DNA of 64,000 nt from an uncultured Alphaproteobacteria bacterium (GTDB lineage: Bacteria; Pseudomonadota; Alphaproteobacteria; Micavibrionales; UBA1664), in assembly GCA_943789475.1 (NCBI GenBank), contig CALSUG010000006.1, forward strand, positions 41,834-105,833, in the 5' to 3' direction. Numbering within the stretch: the first letter of the stretch is position 1; every line of letters begins with the position of its first letter. Under the pieces are notes generated by a model. It worked only from the letters and a program-made list of their open reading frames with translations. It did no database searches and was not told the origin of the DNA. Shown here in pieces: positions 9,614 through 18,722 of this stretch. The position numbers were made by a program, and so were the translations under genes.

Positions 9614-11599
9614 TTATTTATAAAGGGAAAATTTACCAGTGATATCTTTTAAATCACTCGTTTTTCCAAATAGTGCCAAAGCAATATAATTCAAATCATC
9701 TGTTTGTTTTTCAGATGTTGCTTTTAATTGTTCTTCTGAACCGCCAATAGTCATCGTGTCCGTGAAATCAACAAATGATATGCCTGCTTGTTTTGCCTTT
9801 TCACGTGCCGTCAAAATTTGATTTGAATTTTTAGCCTTCACCGCAATAACAGGATAGTGCGAAATTGATGAATGAACTTCACCAGATCCATCCTTGTAAT
9901 CAATAAAACAGAAATCTTCACCTTGCGCTTCTTTTCCGACGAGTCCAGCCATTGAATGTCCTAATGCATTCATAACACGACCAATGCTTTCTTCTTTACC
10001 ATTCACAACAACGATAAAGCGATATTCATTTTCATCCTTATTTTTATGTGGCTGATCTGCATCCACATTCACTTCTTGTGAAACCACCTTCGGCGCAGGA
10101 TTTGTTTTTAACGGTTTTAACGTTGGGAAACAAATAACATCACGGATATTTGTTGAATCGGTCAATAACATCGTCAAACGATCAATCCCAATTCCGTACC
10201 CACCATTTGGCGGAAGGCCAACTTTCAACGCAGTCACGTAATCGTCATCAACCATTTGCGCCTCTTCATCCCCCGCATCACGCGCAGCGGCTTGCAGATC
10301 AAATGAAGCCTGTTGAATGTCTGGATCATTTTGTTCCGTAAAGGCATTGGCAATTTCCCAACCGTTACAGAACGATTCAAAACGTTCAGTTAAACGCGTA
10401 TCTTCTTTATCCAATTTCGCCAATGGTGAAATATCGTATGGTAGGTGCGTGATATGTGTTGGTTGAATCAATGTATGTTCAACATGCTCATCAAACATTT
10501 CGGCCACGATTTCACCCCACTTCATCGTGTCGGTGACTTCACATCCTTTTTCTAATGCTTTCGCACGTAAAGCGTCCGCATCAAAATCAAGAGGATTAAT
10601 ACCAGTGCGTTTTTCAATTGATCCGCACATTGTTTCACGTGGCCATGGCCCTGCAAAATCAAGTTCATGTTCACCATAAGTTGTCACCGTCGCACCATCA
10701 TTAAGATGTTTCACAAGATCAGATAATAGCGTTTCAACAAATTCCATCACATGGGTGTAATCCCACCACAACACATTCCCTTCCATCATTGTGAATTCAG
10801 GATTATGTTTTGGTGACACACCTTCGTTGCGGAAATAACGACCAATTTCATAAACATGTTCGGTCATTCCACCAACCAACAAACGTTTGAGGTACAACTC
10901 CGCCGCAACTTTCAAATAAAATTCACTATCTAGTGCATTATGTTGCGTAATAAATGGTTTTGCCGATGCACCACCCATGATTGGTTGAAGGATTGGGTTT
11001 TCAACCTCAACCGCGCCAAGTTTACGCATATATTCACGCAAAAATGCGGTAATTTCAGAACGTTTTAACAATGTCTTTGCACTGTCATCATTCATGATCA
11101 AATCAAGATAACGTTGACGATAACGCGTTTCGATGTCTGTCAAACCATGGTGTTTTTCTGGCAATGGTTCAAGAGATTTTGTAACTAATTCAACTTCGCT
11201 TGCACGCACGGATAATTCACCACGTGGTGTACGGCGCATTGTTCCTTTTGCCCCAACAATATCACCAAGATCAAGATATTGAAGGTTCGCCAGTTGATCT
11301 TCGTTCATTGTTTGTTTGTGACAAAAAACCTGAATACGTCCGGATGTATCCTTCACATCCAAAAACATTCCATTGTTACGCATCGCCATCACGCGGCCGG
11401 CAATTGCAACTTCATCTGTTGTTTCTTCACCATCGGGAAGGTCGGCATATTTCGCTTGCAAAGCCCCAGCATCATGCGTTTTGGGATAATTATACGCATA
11501 TGGATTTTTACCCGCGGCCTTGTATGCATCGCGTTTTGCGCGGCGCGCTTCGCGTGGGTCGGTTAATCCTTCTGTCTTTACTTGTGCGTCTGCCATCAT
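9614..11599 (-). CDS. lysS: class II lysine--tRNA ligase with C-terminal DUF2000-like extension
   Basis: RYRQRYLDLI, YFRNEG, HNPEFTMME, GIGIDRL and FPTLKP motifs, followed by a ~165 aa extension. Confidence 0.95.
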   Translation of the reverse strand: MMADAQVKTEGLTDPREARRAKRDAYKAAGKNPYAYNYPKTHDAGALQAKYADLPDGEETTDEVAIAGRVMAMRNNGMFLDVKDTSGRIQVFCHKQTMNEDQLANLQYLDLGDIVGAKGTMRRTPRGELSVRASEVELVTKSLEPLPEKHHGLTDIETRYRQRYLDLIMNDDSAKTLLKRSEITAFLREYMRKLGAVEVENPILQPIMGGASAKPFITQHNALDSEFYLKVAAELYLKRLLVGGMTEHVYEIGRYFRNEGVSPKHNPEFTMMEGNVLWWDYTHVMEFVETLLSDLVKHLNDGATVTTYGEHELDFAGPWPRETMCGSIEKRTGINPLDFDADALRAKALEKGCEVTDTMKWGEIVAEMFDEHVEHTLIQPTHITHLPYDISPLAKLDKEDTRLTERFESFCNGWEIANAFTEQNDPDIQQASFDLQAAARDAGDEEAQMVDDDYVTALKVGLPPNGGYGIGIDRLTMLLTDSTNIRDVICFPTLKPLKTNPAPKVVSQEVNVDADQPHKNKDENEYRFIVVVNGKEESIGRVMNALGHSMAGLVGKEAQGEDFCFIDYKDGSGEVHSSISHYPVIAVKAKNSNQILTAREKAKQAGISFVDFTDTMTIGGSEEQLKATSEKQTDDLNYIALALFGKTSDLKDITGKFSLYK

Positions 11600-11670
11600 A
11601 TCCTCTTACTTAAATTCTTTACGAGAGTAAGAGTTATAACAGTTTAGCGCGACATTTCAATCAAGAACTA

Positions 11671-12207
11671 TTAAGATCTATAAGGATTTTCCCATGAAGG
11701 GAGAGGACGACGCGCAACACTGGACGGTGTATTAACCCCTTGCGCATCCAGAACATCACGCAAACATTGGTCATTCCATGTTGCCTGATCCACCTGCTCA
11801 AATTGTGCATTGATGCCATCATTCATTGATAGTGCGCGAAATTCGATATATTCAGGTTGCGATTGATCACCGTTAAAATAAACATCCAAGGCGCAACTTT
11901 CACCATGGTAGTGCCATGCCGACACGGCCAACTCTTCACGTTTTAAAGATGGTGTACGAAGAAGGATTTCAATATCCCTCCTATCCATTAATGACAATGA
12001 TTGTGGTGCGCGAACGGCTTGTTTCACCAACGTCACGCGTTTCATATTATCGGCCAATGACAAATCACCATCGGCATAAACCGCCAATGACAATATCAAT
12101 TGGAAAAACGATAACCCACCCGCAATAATACATGCAAAGATAAGATTAAAAAAAGATGCAGGCATAACCTGCATTTTATTGAGTGTATTATTTAACATGA
12201 AGAACAA
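11671..12207 (-). CDS. conserved hypothetical membrane-anchored protein
   Basis: N-terminal TM; LKREE..AWHYHGESCALDVYF pattern; start uncertain. Confidence 0.55.
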   Translation of the reverse strand: MFFMLNNTLNKMQVMPASFFNLIFACIIAGGLSFFQLILSLAVYADGDLSLADNMKRVTLVKQAVRAPQSLSLMDRRDIEILLRTPSLKREELAVSAWHYHGESCALDVYFNGDQSQPEYIEFRALSMNDGINAQFEQVDQATWNDQCLRDVLDAQGVNTPSSVARRPLPSWENPYRS

Positions 12208-12819
12208 TTAAGCAGCGTTAGCTTTCTTATCCGTTTTCTTTGACGCGGCCTTCAATTTTGAAAAATCCGTCGCTGTTTCTGTTTTTGCGCTCGCTGATGC
12301 GAATGAAGAAATTTTACCTTCGATATTAGCACCTGCCTCAACTGTTAATTCACGGTAAGTAATTGTACCAATCACTGTTCCTGTTGCCTCAACTGTTACA
12401 CGACCATCAACCGTTAGATCACCTTCAAAACGACCAGCGATAACTGCTTCTTCAATATCAACAGAACCATAAAAAATACCTGTTTCGGCAATATCCAACA
12501 ATTTTGCACCATTTAACGTTGCCTCAACCGTACCTTCAACCAACAATTGATCACAATTTTCAATTTCACCTGACATTGTAATGCCTTGACCAATTGTTAA
12601 TTTACGGCCATCACTTTCCGTGCGTGTTTGTGCTGTACCATATGTCTGTCCACCCATCATTGCAGGGCGACCGAAAGGTGCATTTTGTTGTGCTTCTTGT
12701 GATTGGTTATCAGACATTGTATTTTCTTCCTTATTATCTGTCGTATCTTGATTATCGTTTTCCGATTGCAATGCATCCTTGGCGGGCGCAGATGCAGGAA
12801 TATTCTGTTTATGAAACAT
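12208..12819 (-). CDS. bactofilin (polymer-forming cytoskeletal protein)
   Basis: IGQGITMSGEI...VEGTVE...GRFEGDL...GTITYRELTVEAGANIEG beta-helix with disordered tails. Confidence 0.88.
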   Translation of the reverse strand: MFHKQNIPASAPAKDALQSENDNQDTTDNKEENTMSDNQSQEAQQNAPFGRPAMMGGQTYGTAQTRTESDGRKLTIGQGITMSGEIENCDQLLVEGTVEATLNGAKLLDIAETGIFYGSVDIEEAVIAGRFEGDLTVDGRVTVEATGTVIGTITYRELTVEAGANIEGKISSFASASAKTETATDFSKLKAASKKTDKKANAA

Positions 12820-12974
12820 ATTTATTCACCTTCGTTTTACTTTTCAGTTTTCAAATTGATGCAGATTATTAAAAATCTCATCCGAAAAACACACATTGTT
12901 TTTTCGTTACTTAAGGCGCACACTAACACGATAAAAAATTAAATTGCAAGGTTTTTAAATAAGGTTTTCCACCT

Positions 12975-13958
12975 ATGTCATTGAGAATTATTCAAATAAC
13001 ACTTCCCGCCGAACGTAAAAAAACCATGATACAAATCGCGGAAACACACAAAGCATTGGATGTATGGTGGGAACCAAAAAATGAAGATGGCATTCGCACA
13101 ATATCTATTTTAGTCGACAATCATAATCAGCAAAAAATATTAGATAGTATCCAAACTCATATGGGAGAAAGCATGGATTGGCGGGCGGTCCTGCTCCCCG
13201 TTGAAGCAAGCTTGCCAAAACAAGAAAACAATAGAAAACCCCACAAATTTAAATGGCGTAAATCTCTTACCCGTGAAGAACTGTATCAAGAAGTAGCCAA
13301 TGGTGCTGAGGGAGATTTACTTTTTTATCTTATGGTTTTTCTTTCAACTATCGTCGCAGCCATCGGTCTTATTCAAGATAACGTTGCGATCGTTATCGCA
13401 GCCATGGTGATTGCACCACTTTTGGGCCCCAATCTCGCCCTATCTTTTGCAACAGCACTCGGTGACAAACCCCTCATATTAAAATCCCTTTTAACATGCA
13501 CCGGTGGTTTAATCGCCGCAATCATTCCATGTATTATCTTAGGACACTTTCTACCAGTAGACTTAGGAAGCGAAGAATTATTCGCGCGCACAAATATTAA
13601 TTACGCCGCAATTATCCTTGCGCTCGCTTCTGGTGCCGCGGCTGTATTATCACTGACTACTGGTGTGTCATCCGCATTAGTTGGCGTTATGGTATCGGTT
13701 GCACTCCTCCCTCCCGCGGCAGCATTTGGTATTTATATTGGTTTAAATCAATATAATTTAGCCATGGATAGCGGATTTCTCCTTCTTACAAATCTTTCTA
13801 GTATTGGGGTATCCGCCCAAGTTGTATTGGCCTTCATGGGGATTCGTCCACGAACATTTTTGGAAAAAAGATCCGCCAATCAATCTAGCCTTGTCCAAAT
13901 TGGAATTTGCACAATTTTATTGGCAATAATTTCTATCGTTATTACCTACAAAAATTAA
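12975..13958 (+). CDS. TIGR00341/DUF389 membrane protein
   Basis: VIAAMVIAPLLGP, ALASGAA and GVMVSVALLPP motifs. Confidence 0.88.
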   Translation: MSLRIIQITLPAERKKTMIQIAETHKALDVWWEPKNEDGIRTISILVDNHNQQKILDSIQTHMGESMDWRAVLLPVEASLPKQENNRKPHKFKWRKSLTREELYQEVANGAEGDLLFYLMVFLSTIVAAIGLIQDNVAIVIAAMVIAPLLGPNLALSFATALGDKPLILKSLLTCTGGLIAAIIPCIILGHFLPVDLGSEELFARTNINYAAIILALASGAAAVLSLTTGVSSALVGVMVSVALLPPAAAFGIYIGLNQYNLAMDSGFLLLTNLSSIGVSAQVVLAFMGIRPRTFLEKRSANQSSLVQIGICTILLAIISIVITYKN

Positions 13959-13961
13959 AAG

Positions 13962-14012
13962 GTACAAATTTTGTCCTAATGGGTTGCAATTGATTTTTTG
14001 TTTGTTTAAAAT
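13962..14012 (+). promoter_or_regulatory. palindromic site plus sigma70-like promoter
   Basis: GTACA-AATTT-TGTCC at 13962-13976, then TTGCAA-N17-TAAAAT at 13984-14012. Confidence 0.5.
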
Positions 14013-14022
14013 CAAACGCAAG

Positions 14023-14373
14023 ATGCTAGCAACTTTAGAAAAAACAGATAATGCCACAATTGTTACATCAACTGATGATATAACAGTAAGTCAAGGCGCG
14101 TTTGAATTGGAAATTCCAACATCTATTCAATCATCACTGGATGAAATTTTAAATTATTATAAATGCTCCTGTATGAAACCTGTGATAAAAACGCAAGGAT
14201 CGCCATTGGATGTCACAACAGCATTGGTGCGTGAAGTTAAACAAAGCCTTCCAAATAATTTGCAAACTGATGCTAAAACTTTACTCGACTTTATGATTAA
14301 AGAGATTGTGACTTATTGCCGTGAAACATCCGCAAGCTCTCTCTCTCTCAATTTTTCGTTTGAAAAGATGTAA
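14023..14373 (+). CDS. hypothetical protein, possibly the N-terminal part of the next ORF
   Basis: ATG at 14023 follows the promoter; one extra A near 14363-14366 would join it to 14379..16031. Confidence 0.5.
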   Translation: MLATLEKTDNATIVTSTDDITVSQGAFELEIPTSIQSSLDEILNYYKCSCMKPVIKTQGSPLDVTTALVREVKQSLPNNLQTDAKTLLDFMIKEIVTYCRETSASSLSLNFSFEKM

Positions 14374-14378
14374 CAATA

Positions 14379-16031
14379 ATGGGATGTCCTGCTCTAAAAA
14401 CACCTGATCAACTTGATGTGCGTCTTATGTCTGCAAATACCAATGGTGCACCTGGCGAAATTGCAAAGCAATTGGCCGAAATGTACGGTTTTCAAAAACA
14501 ACGTCACAACACCATGGACGGATCTAGCCCTTCTAATTTTGACCACCGCACAATCACAGCATTAGCACAAACACCGCACATTGCCCTATCCGTTGTTCCG
14601 TCACAAAATAATGACATGCGTGATACGGACCTCACCATAGAGCAAATAAATCTACAACTCGATCTTATTGAAAAAGCGGGTAGTGATCTTGATATTCATC
14701 ACGAAAAAATTAATGAAAAAGTTCACGCAATAAAAACACAACCAAAAGCTTCTCTATTTAAACAAGCTATAAATGCCATGGTTGCACAGGTTGCAAACAT
14801 TAATAAACCCGCACAAGCCACACCACAAACAGCAGCGCCCGTTGAAGCAAAAGTAGCAACACCCGCACAAGCCACACCACAAACAGCAGCGCCCGTTGAA
14901 GCAAAAGTAGCAACACCCGCACAAGCCACACCACAAACTGCAGCGCCCGTTGAAGCAAAAGTAACAACACCCGCACAAGCCACACCACAAACAGCAGCGC
15001 CCGTTGAAGCAAAAGTAGCAACACCCGCACAAGCCGCACCACAGCCAGCGGCTCCTGTACAAACGGCACCAACGCAACCTGCACCTGTGGCACCAACACC
15101 ACAACCAACGGCTCCTGTACAAACGGCACCAACGCAACCTGCACCTGTGGCACCAACACCACAACCAACGGCTCCTGTACAAACGGCACCAACGCAACCT
15201 GCACCTGTGGCACCAACACCACAACCAACGGCGCCTGTACAAACGGCACCAACGCAACCTGCACCTGTGGCGCCAACACCACAACCAACGGCTCCTGTAC
15301 AAACGGCACCAACGCAACCTGCACCTGTGGCGCCAACACCACAACCAACGGCTCCTGTACAAACGGCACCAACGCAACCTGCACCTGTGGCACCAACACC
15401 ACAACCAACGGCGCCTGTACAAACGGCACCAACGCAACCTGCACCTGTGGCACCAACACCACAACCAACGGCTCCTGTACAAACGGCACCAACGCAACCT
15501 GCACCTGTGGCACCAACACCACAACCAACGGCTCCTGTACAAACGGCACCAACGCAACCTGCACCTGTGGCACCAACACCACAACCAACGGCTCCTGTAC
15601 AAACGGCACCAACGCAACCTGCACCTGTGGCACCAACACCACAACCAACGGCTCCTGTACAAACGGCACCAACGCAACCTGCACCTGTGGCACCAACACC
15701 ACAACCAACGGCTCCTGTACAAACGGCACCAACGCAACCTGCACCTGTGGCGCCAACACCACAGCCAGTAGCGCCAGTGTATGCAGAACCAACAAAAACC
15801 GTTAGTTATGCATTACCGACGACAGAGACACCCACATTTGCTCAAAAATTGGATGCAGGCCCCCAATTAAATGATTTCATGCCCAAAGGCAGTGCTTGCG
15901 GAAGTTGTGGAGGTGGTAATTGTGGCGCCTGTGGCGTTAGCTTTAACGCAGCAACCGCTGCAGAAACAAATACTGCTGCAGCCCTTTCCTCATCATATCA
16001 AGGAAACAAACCCAAAGCGCTAAAATTATAA
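14379..16031 (+). CDS. Pro/Thr/Ala/Gln repeat protein with C-terminal CxxC-GGN-CxxC motif
   Basis: Open frame through the tandem repeats; contains CGSCGGGNCGACG near the C-terminus. Confidence 0.7.
   Translation: MGCPALKTPDQLDVRLMSANTNGAPGEIAKQLAEMYGFQKQRHNTMDGSSPSNFDHRTITALAQTPHIALSVVPSQNNDMRDTDLTIEQINLQLDLIEKAGSDLDIHHEKINEKVHAIKTQPKASLFKQAINAMVAQVANINKPAQATPQTAAPVEAKVATPAQATPQTAAPVEAKVATPAQATPQTAAPVEAKVTTPAQATPQTAAPVEAKVATPAQAAPQPAAPVQTAPTQPAPVAPTPQPTAPVQTAPTQPAPVAPTPQPTAPVQTAPTQPAPVAPTPQPTAPVQTAPTQPAPVAPTPQPTAPVQTAPTQPAPVAPTPQPTAPVQTAPTQPAPVAPTPQPTAPVQTAPTQPAPVAPTPQPTAPVQTAPTQPAPVAPTPQPTAPVQTAPTQPAPVAPTPQPTAPVQTAPTQPAPVAPTPQPTAPVQTAPTQPAPVAPTPQPTAPVQTAPTQPAPVAPTPQPVAPVYAEPTKTVSYALPTTETPTFAQKLDAGPQLNDFMPKGSACGSCGGGNCGACGVSFNAATAAETNTAAALSSSYQGNKPKALKL
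14808..15050 (+). repeat. 54-bp tandem repeat, 4 copies plus a partial (PAQATPQTAAPVEAKVAT)
   Basis: Units start at 14808, 14862, 14916, 14970 and 15024. Confidence 0.92.
15051..15770 (+). repeat. 60-bp tandem repeat, 12 copies (APVQTAPTQPAPVAPTPQPT)
   Basis: Near-identical contiguous units differing mainly at synonymous positions; no spacers. Confidence 0.95.
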
Positions 16032-16037
16032 GTAAAA

Positions 16038-16733
16038 CTAACCTAGTTGAGACTTAATAAAGAACCCTTGTTTTGCGTCAATTGGATTCATAAGAACATT
16101 TTCCAGTGCCATAATCGTTTCATTTTCATTAAATGGAGGAAGTTGTTGTAGATTGTTCAACTCGTGAGCAACGTGATCTCGTAACGATCTTAACGTCGCA
16201 ACACTCGACAATTGGCAATCGGCACATGAACCAAACAAAATCATATGAACCTCTAACGTTTTTCCATTCGGAACAACATCCGTCACAATAATATCACCAC
16301 CATCATTTTGTAGCTTTTCACGAACACCTTTTTGATCAATCGTGTTATTTACAAGCTGAATGAACACGCGTTCATTATCAGGAAGAACCAAGCTATTAAA
16401 ATCTTGTTGAACAGCTGCGCCATCGACAAGATGTTCTAATTTCTCTAACGATTTTCTACCAATCTCTCTATCACCGTCGGACCATCGCCCCGTTCCCCTC
16501 ACGAAAGATAACCTTGTTTTTCCGTTTGGTGTTTGAATAGCATCCATACGCGTAATTCCAGAAACAGTAGAAAAAACGGATTTTAGCGCATCACTTGCAC
16601 CTATTCCCTGTTCATTTGCAGGAATCGATAATCTTAAAAAATCCATTTTCCGGGAAATATCAACCGTCAAAGTATTCAAACTTGGATTATCTTCAACAAC
16701 TTCAACTTTATTCTTTTTACTAAACCAGCCCAT
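16038..16733 (-). CDS. divergent Nfu/NifU-type Fe-S carrier-like protein
   Basis: LQNDGGDI...LFGSCADCQLSSVATL matches the NifU C-terminal CxxC motif; the N-terminal half resembles Nfu_N. Confidence 0.6.
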   Translation of the reverse strand: MGWFSKKNKVEVVEDNPSLNTLTVDISRKMDFLRLSIPANEQGIGASDALKSVFSTVSGITRMDAIQTPNGKTRLSFVRGTGRWSDGDREIGRKSLEKLEHLVDGAAVQQDFNSLVLPDNERVFIQLVNNTIDQKGVREKLQNDGGDIIVTDVVPNGKTLEVHMILFGSCADCQLSSVATLRSLRDHVAHELNNLQQLPPFNENETIMALENVLMNPIDAKQGFFIKSQLG

Positions 16734-16765
16734 GACACACACCCTTCTTTAAATTAATAGGAATA

Positions 16766-16817
16766 TATATAAATAAATGACATAACAATGTCCAGGTAAA
16801 AAGGACAAATTTTGTTC
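16766..16817 (-). promoter_or_regulatory. palindromic site plus sigma70-like promoter
   Basis: GGACA-AATTT-TGTTC at 16803-16817; TGGACA-N17-TATATA on the minus strand at 16794-16766. Confidence 0.5.
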
Positions 16818-16824
16818 TAATTGT

Positions 16825-18144
16825 TTACTTTTGGATCAAAACACGATGCGGGAATGGAATTTCTATACCGTGCTCTTTAAATGCATCCCAAAGGGCCAAC
16901 ATGATATCACCCTTTGTATTCGTGACGCCGTTTTCCGCATCTTCTATCCAATAACGCAGGACAAAATTAAGGGAACTATCTCCAAATTCAACTAAATGGC
17001 AGACAGGTTTCGGATCTGGGCAAACGCGATTGACCTTACTTGCCACCTCTATCCCCAATCGTTTTACCAAATGTGGATCACTCTCATAACTCACCCCAAA
17101 TTGCGTTTCGACACGAATTTTACGATCACTGTACGACCAGTTAATTACAGGTTGCGTTACAAAATCTTCGTTCGGGATAAGGTATTCTTTATTGTCCCGC
17201 GTAATCAATGACACGTAACGTGCACCTAATTGTGACACCCACCCAAACATGCCTGAACCGTCGGTAAGTTCAATCACATCGCCAGGTTTTATTGATTTAT
17301 CAACCAGCAATAACATTCCTGAGAACAGGTTTGAAATCACCTTTTGCAAACCAAAACCAATACCAAGGCCAAGCGCACCACCAAATATTGCCAAAGCGGA
17401 CAAATCAATACCCGCGGTGGTTACACCGATCAATATTGCCAGTGATATCAGCGTTATTTTTATAATTTTAATTAACAAAACACGCGCCGATGGTGTTAAG
17501 TCAGTTGCACGTTGCAATGACCTTTCTGCAGTATTGGTCAACAATCTTGTCACGGTCAATAAAATAAAAATCGCGATAACAAATTTAGTAATCGTCAATA
17601 GAGACAAACGCCAATCACCAAAATCCATACCTATGGCATCAAGAGCGGATTTCGTTTGTTCCATCACGCCCATAATGGACAATGCCGCAATGATCCAACC
17701 GCTCATCGCGACAATTTGGCGAACAAAATTATTCTCTATCACCTGTGCAAAAACACGAATAAGTATCCATGCGATTAGTAATTTAGCAACAGCGCTTAAC
17801 AATGAACGATCAATATCGGGAAACCCTGCCATTAAAATAATTTGCGCCGAACCAATAAACATCAAGGCACCTAATTGCAATGTTAATTTTGTTAGGTTTT
17901 TTAAAATACGATTAACACGATATGAAACATTCAACCGGTCAATAGCATTAACCAATCGCGCTCGTGTCATTCCACGAAAAAACCATCCTGAGAAATAAGA
18001 TGCAATTAAAAGTAAAATCACAATCCAATGATTTTGATTCCACAAATATTCCGTTGCCATAGCATAAAAATCAACAACCGCCTCATTCGTTTTTTGAATT
18101 GTTATTTCGGGTATTTCCACATTGATTTCTGGTGTATTGCTCAT
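16825..18144 (-). CDS. MscS-family mechanosensitive channel
   Basis: GALGLGIGFGLQ, IKPGDVIE, IPNE and FGDSSLNF motifs. Confidence 0.92.
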   Translation of the reverse strand: MSNTPEINVEIPEITIQKTNEAVVDFYAMATEYLWNQNHWIVILLLIASYFSGWFFRGMTRARLVNAIDRLNVSYRVNRILKNLTKLTLQLGALMFIGSAQIILMAGFPDIDRSLLSAVAKLLIAWILIRVFAQVIENNFVRQIVAMSGWIIAALSIMGVMEQTKSALDAIGMDFGDWRLSLLTITKFVIAIFILLTVTRLLTNTAERSLQRATDLTPSARVLLIKIIKITLISLAILIGVTTAGIDLSALAIFGGALGLGIGFGLQKVISNLFSGMLLLVDKSIKPGDVIELTDGSGMFGWVSQLGARYVSLITRDNKEYLIPNEDFVTQPVINWSYSDRKIRVETQFGVSYESDPHLVKRLGIEVASKVNRVCPDPKPVCHLVEFGDSSLNFVLRYWIEDAENGVTNTKGDIMLALWDAFKEHGIEIPFPHRVLIQK

Positions 18145-18194
18145 ATTTCAATTATGATCCTGATCATTAATTAATCAAGTCAAAGGATGTTTTT

Positions 18195-18650
18195 ATGAGA
18201 TACTTACACACAATGGTTCGGGTTCGCGACATTGATGAATCACTTGATTTTTGGTGCAATAAGATGGGGTTAGTTGAAACACATCGCAAAGAAAATGAAT
18301 CTGGCCGTTTTACACTTGTTTTCCTTGCTGCGCCCAATGATCTTGAAAATGCTAAATCAAACCAAGCACCACTACTGGAACTCACTTACAACTGGCCAAC
18401 AGAAGGTATGGACGATGAAATATACACCAATGGTCGCAATTTTGGTCATTTAGCGTATCAAGTTGATAATATCTATGACACATGCCAGCGATTAATAGAT
18501 GCTGATGTTACTATCAATCGACCACCACGTGATGGATGGATGGCCTTTATAAAATCACCCGACGGTATATCCATTGAATTATTACAAAAGGGTGAAAAAC
18601 TTTCACCTCAAGAGCCTTGGGCATCTATGCCCAATACAGGAGAATGGTAG
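18195..18650 (+). CDS. gloA: lactoylglutathione lyase (glyoxalase I)
   Basis: LHTMVRV, LELTYNW, FGHLAY and PDGISIEL motifs. Confidence 0.9.
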   Translation: MRYLHTMVRVRDIDESLDFWCNKMGLVETHRKENESGRFTLVFLAAPNDLENAKSNQAPLLELTYNWPTEGMDDEIYTNGRNFGHLAYQVDNIYDTCQRLIDADVTINRPPRDGWMAFIKSPDGISIELLQKGEKLSPQEPWASMPNTGEW

Positions 18651-18722
18651 AATATTTGACACAAATCATGTTCGGGCGTATTGTGCCGATCAAATAACAA
18701 ATAAAGATAAAAAAGCGACAAC

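Noticed and set aside
15051-15770. CRISPR array
   Set aside because: Units are contiguous with no unique spacers, the length is a multiple of 3 inside an ORF, and no cas genes are present.
14723-15795. Long antisense ORFs (Arg/Trp/Cys-rich and Val-rich)
   Set aside because: Shadows of the stop-free tandem repeat; variation is mostly synonymous in the plus-strand frame.
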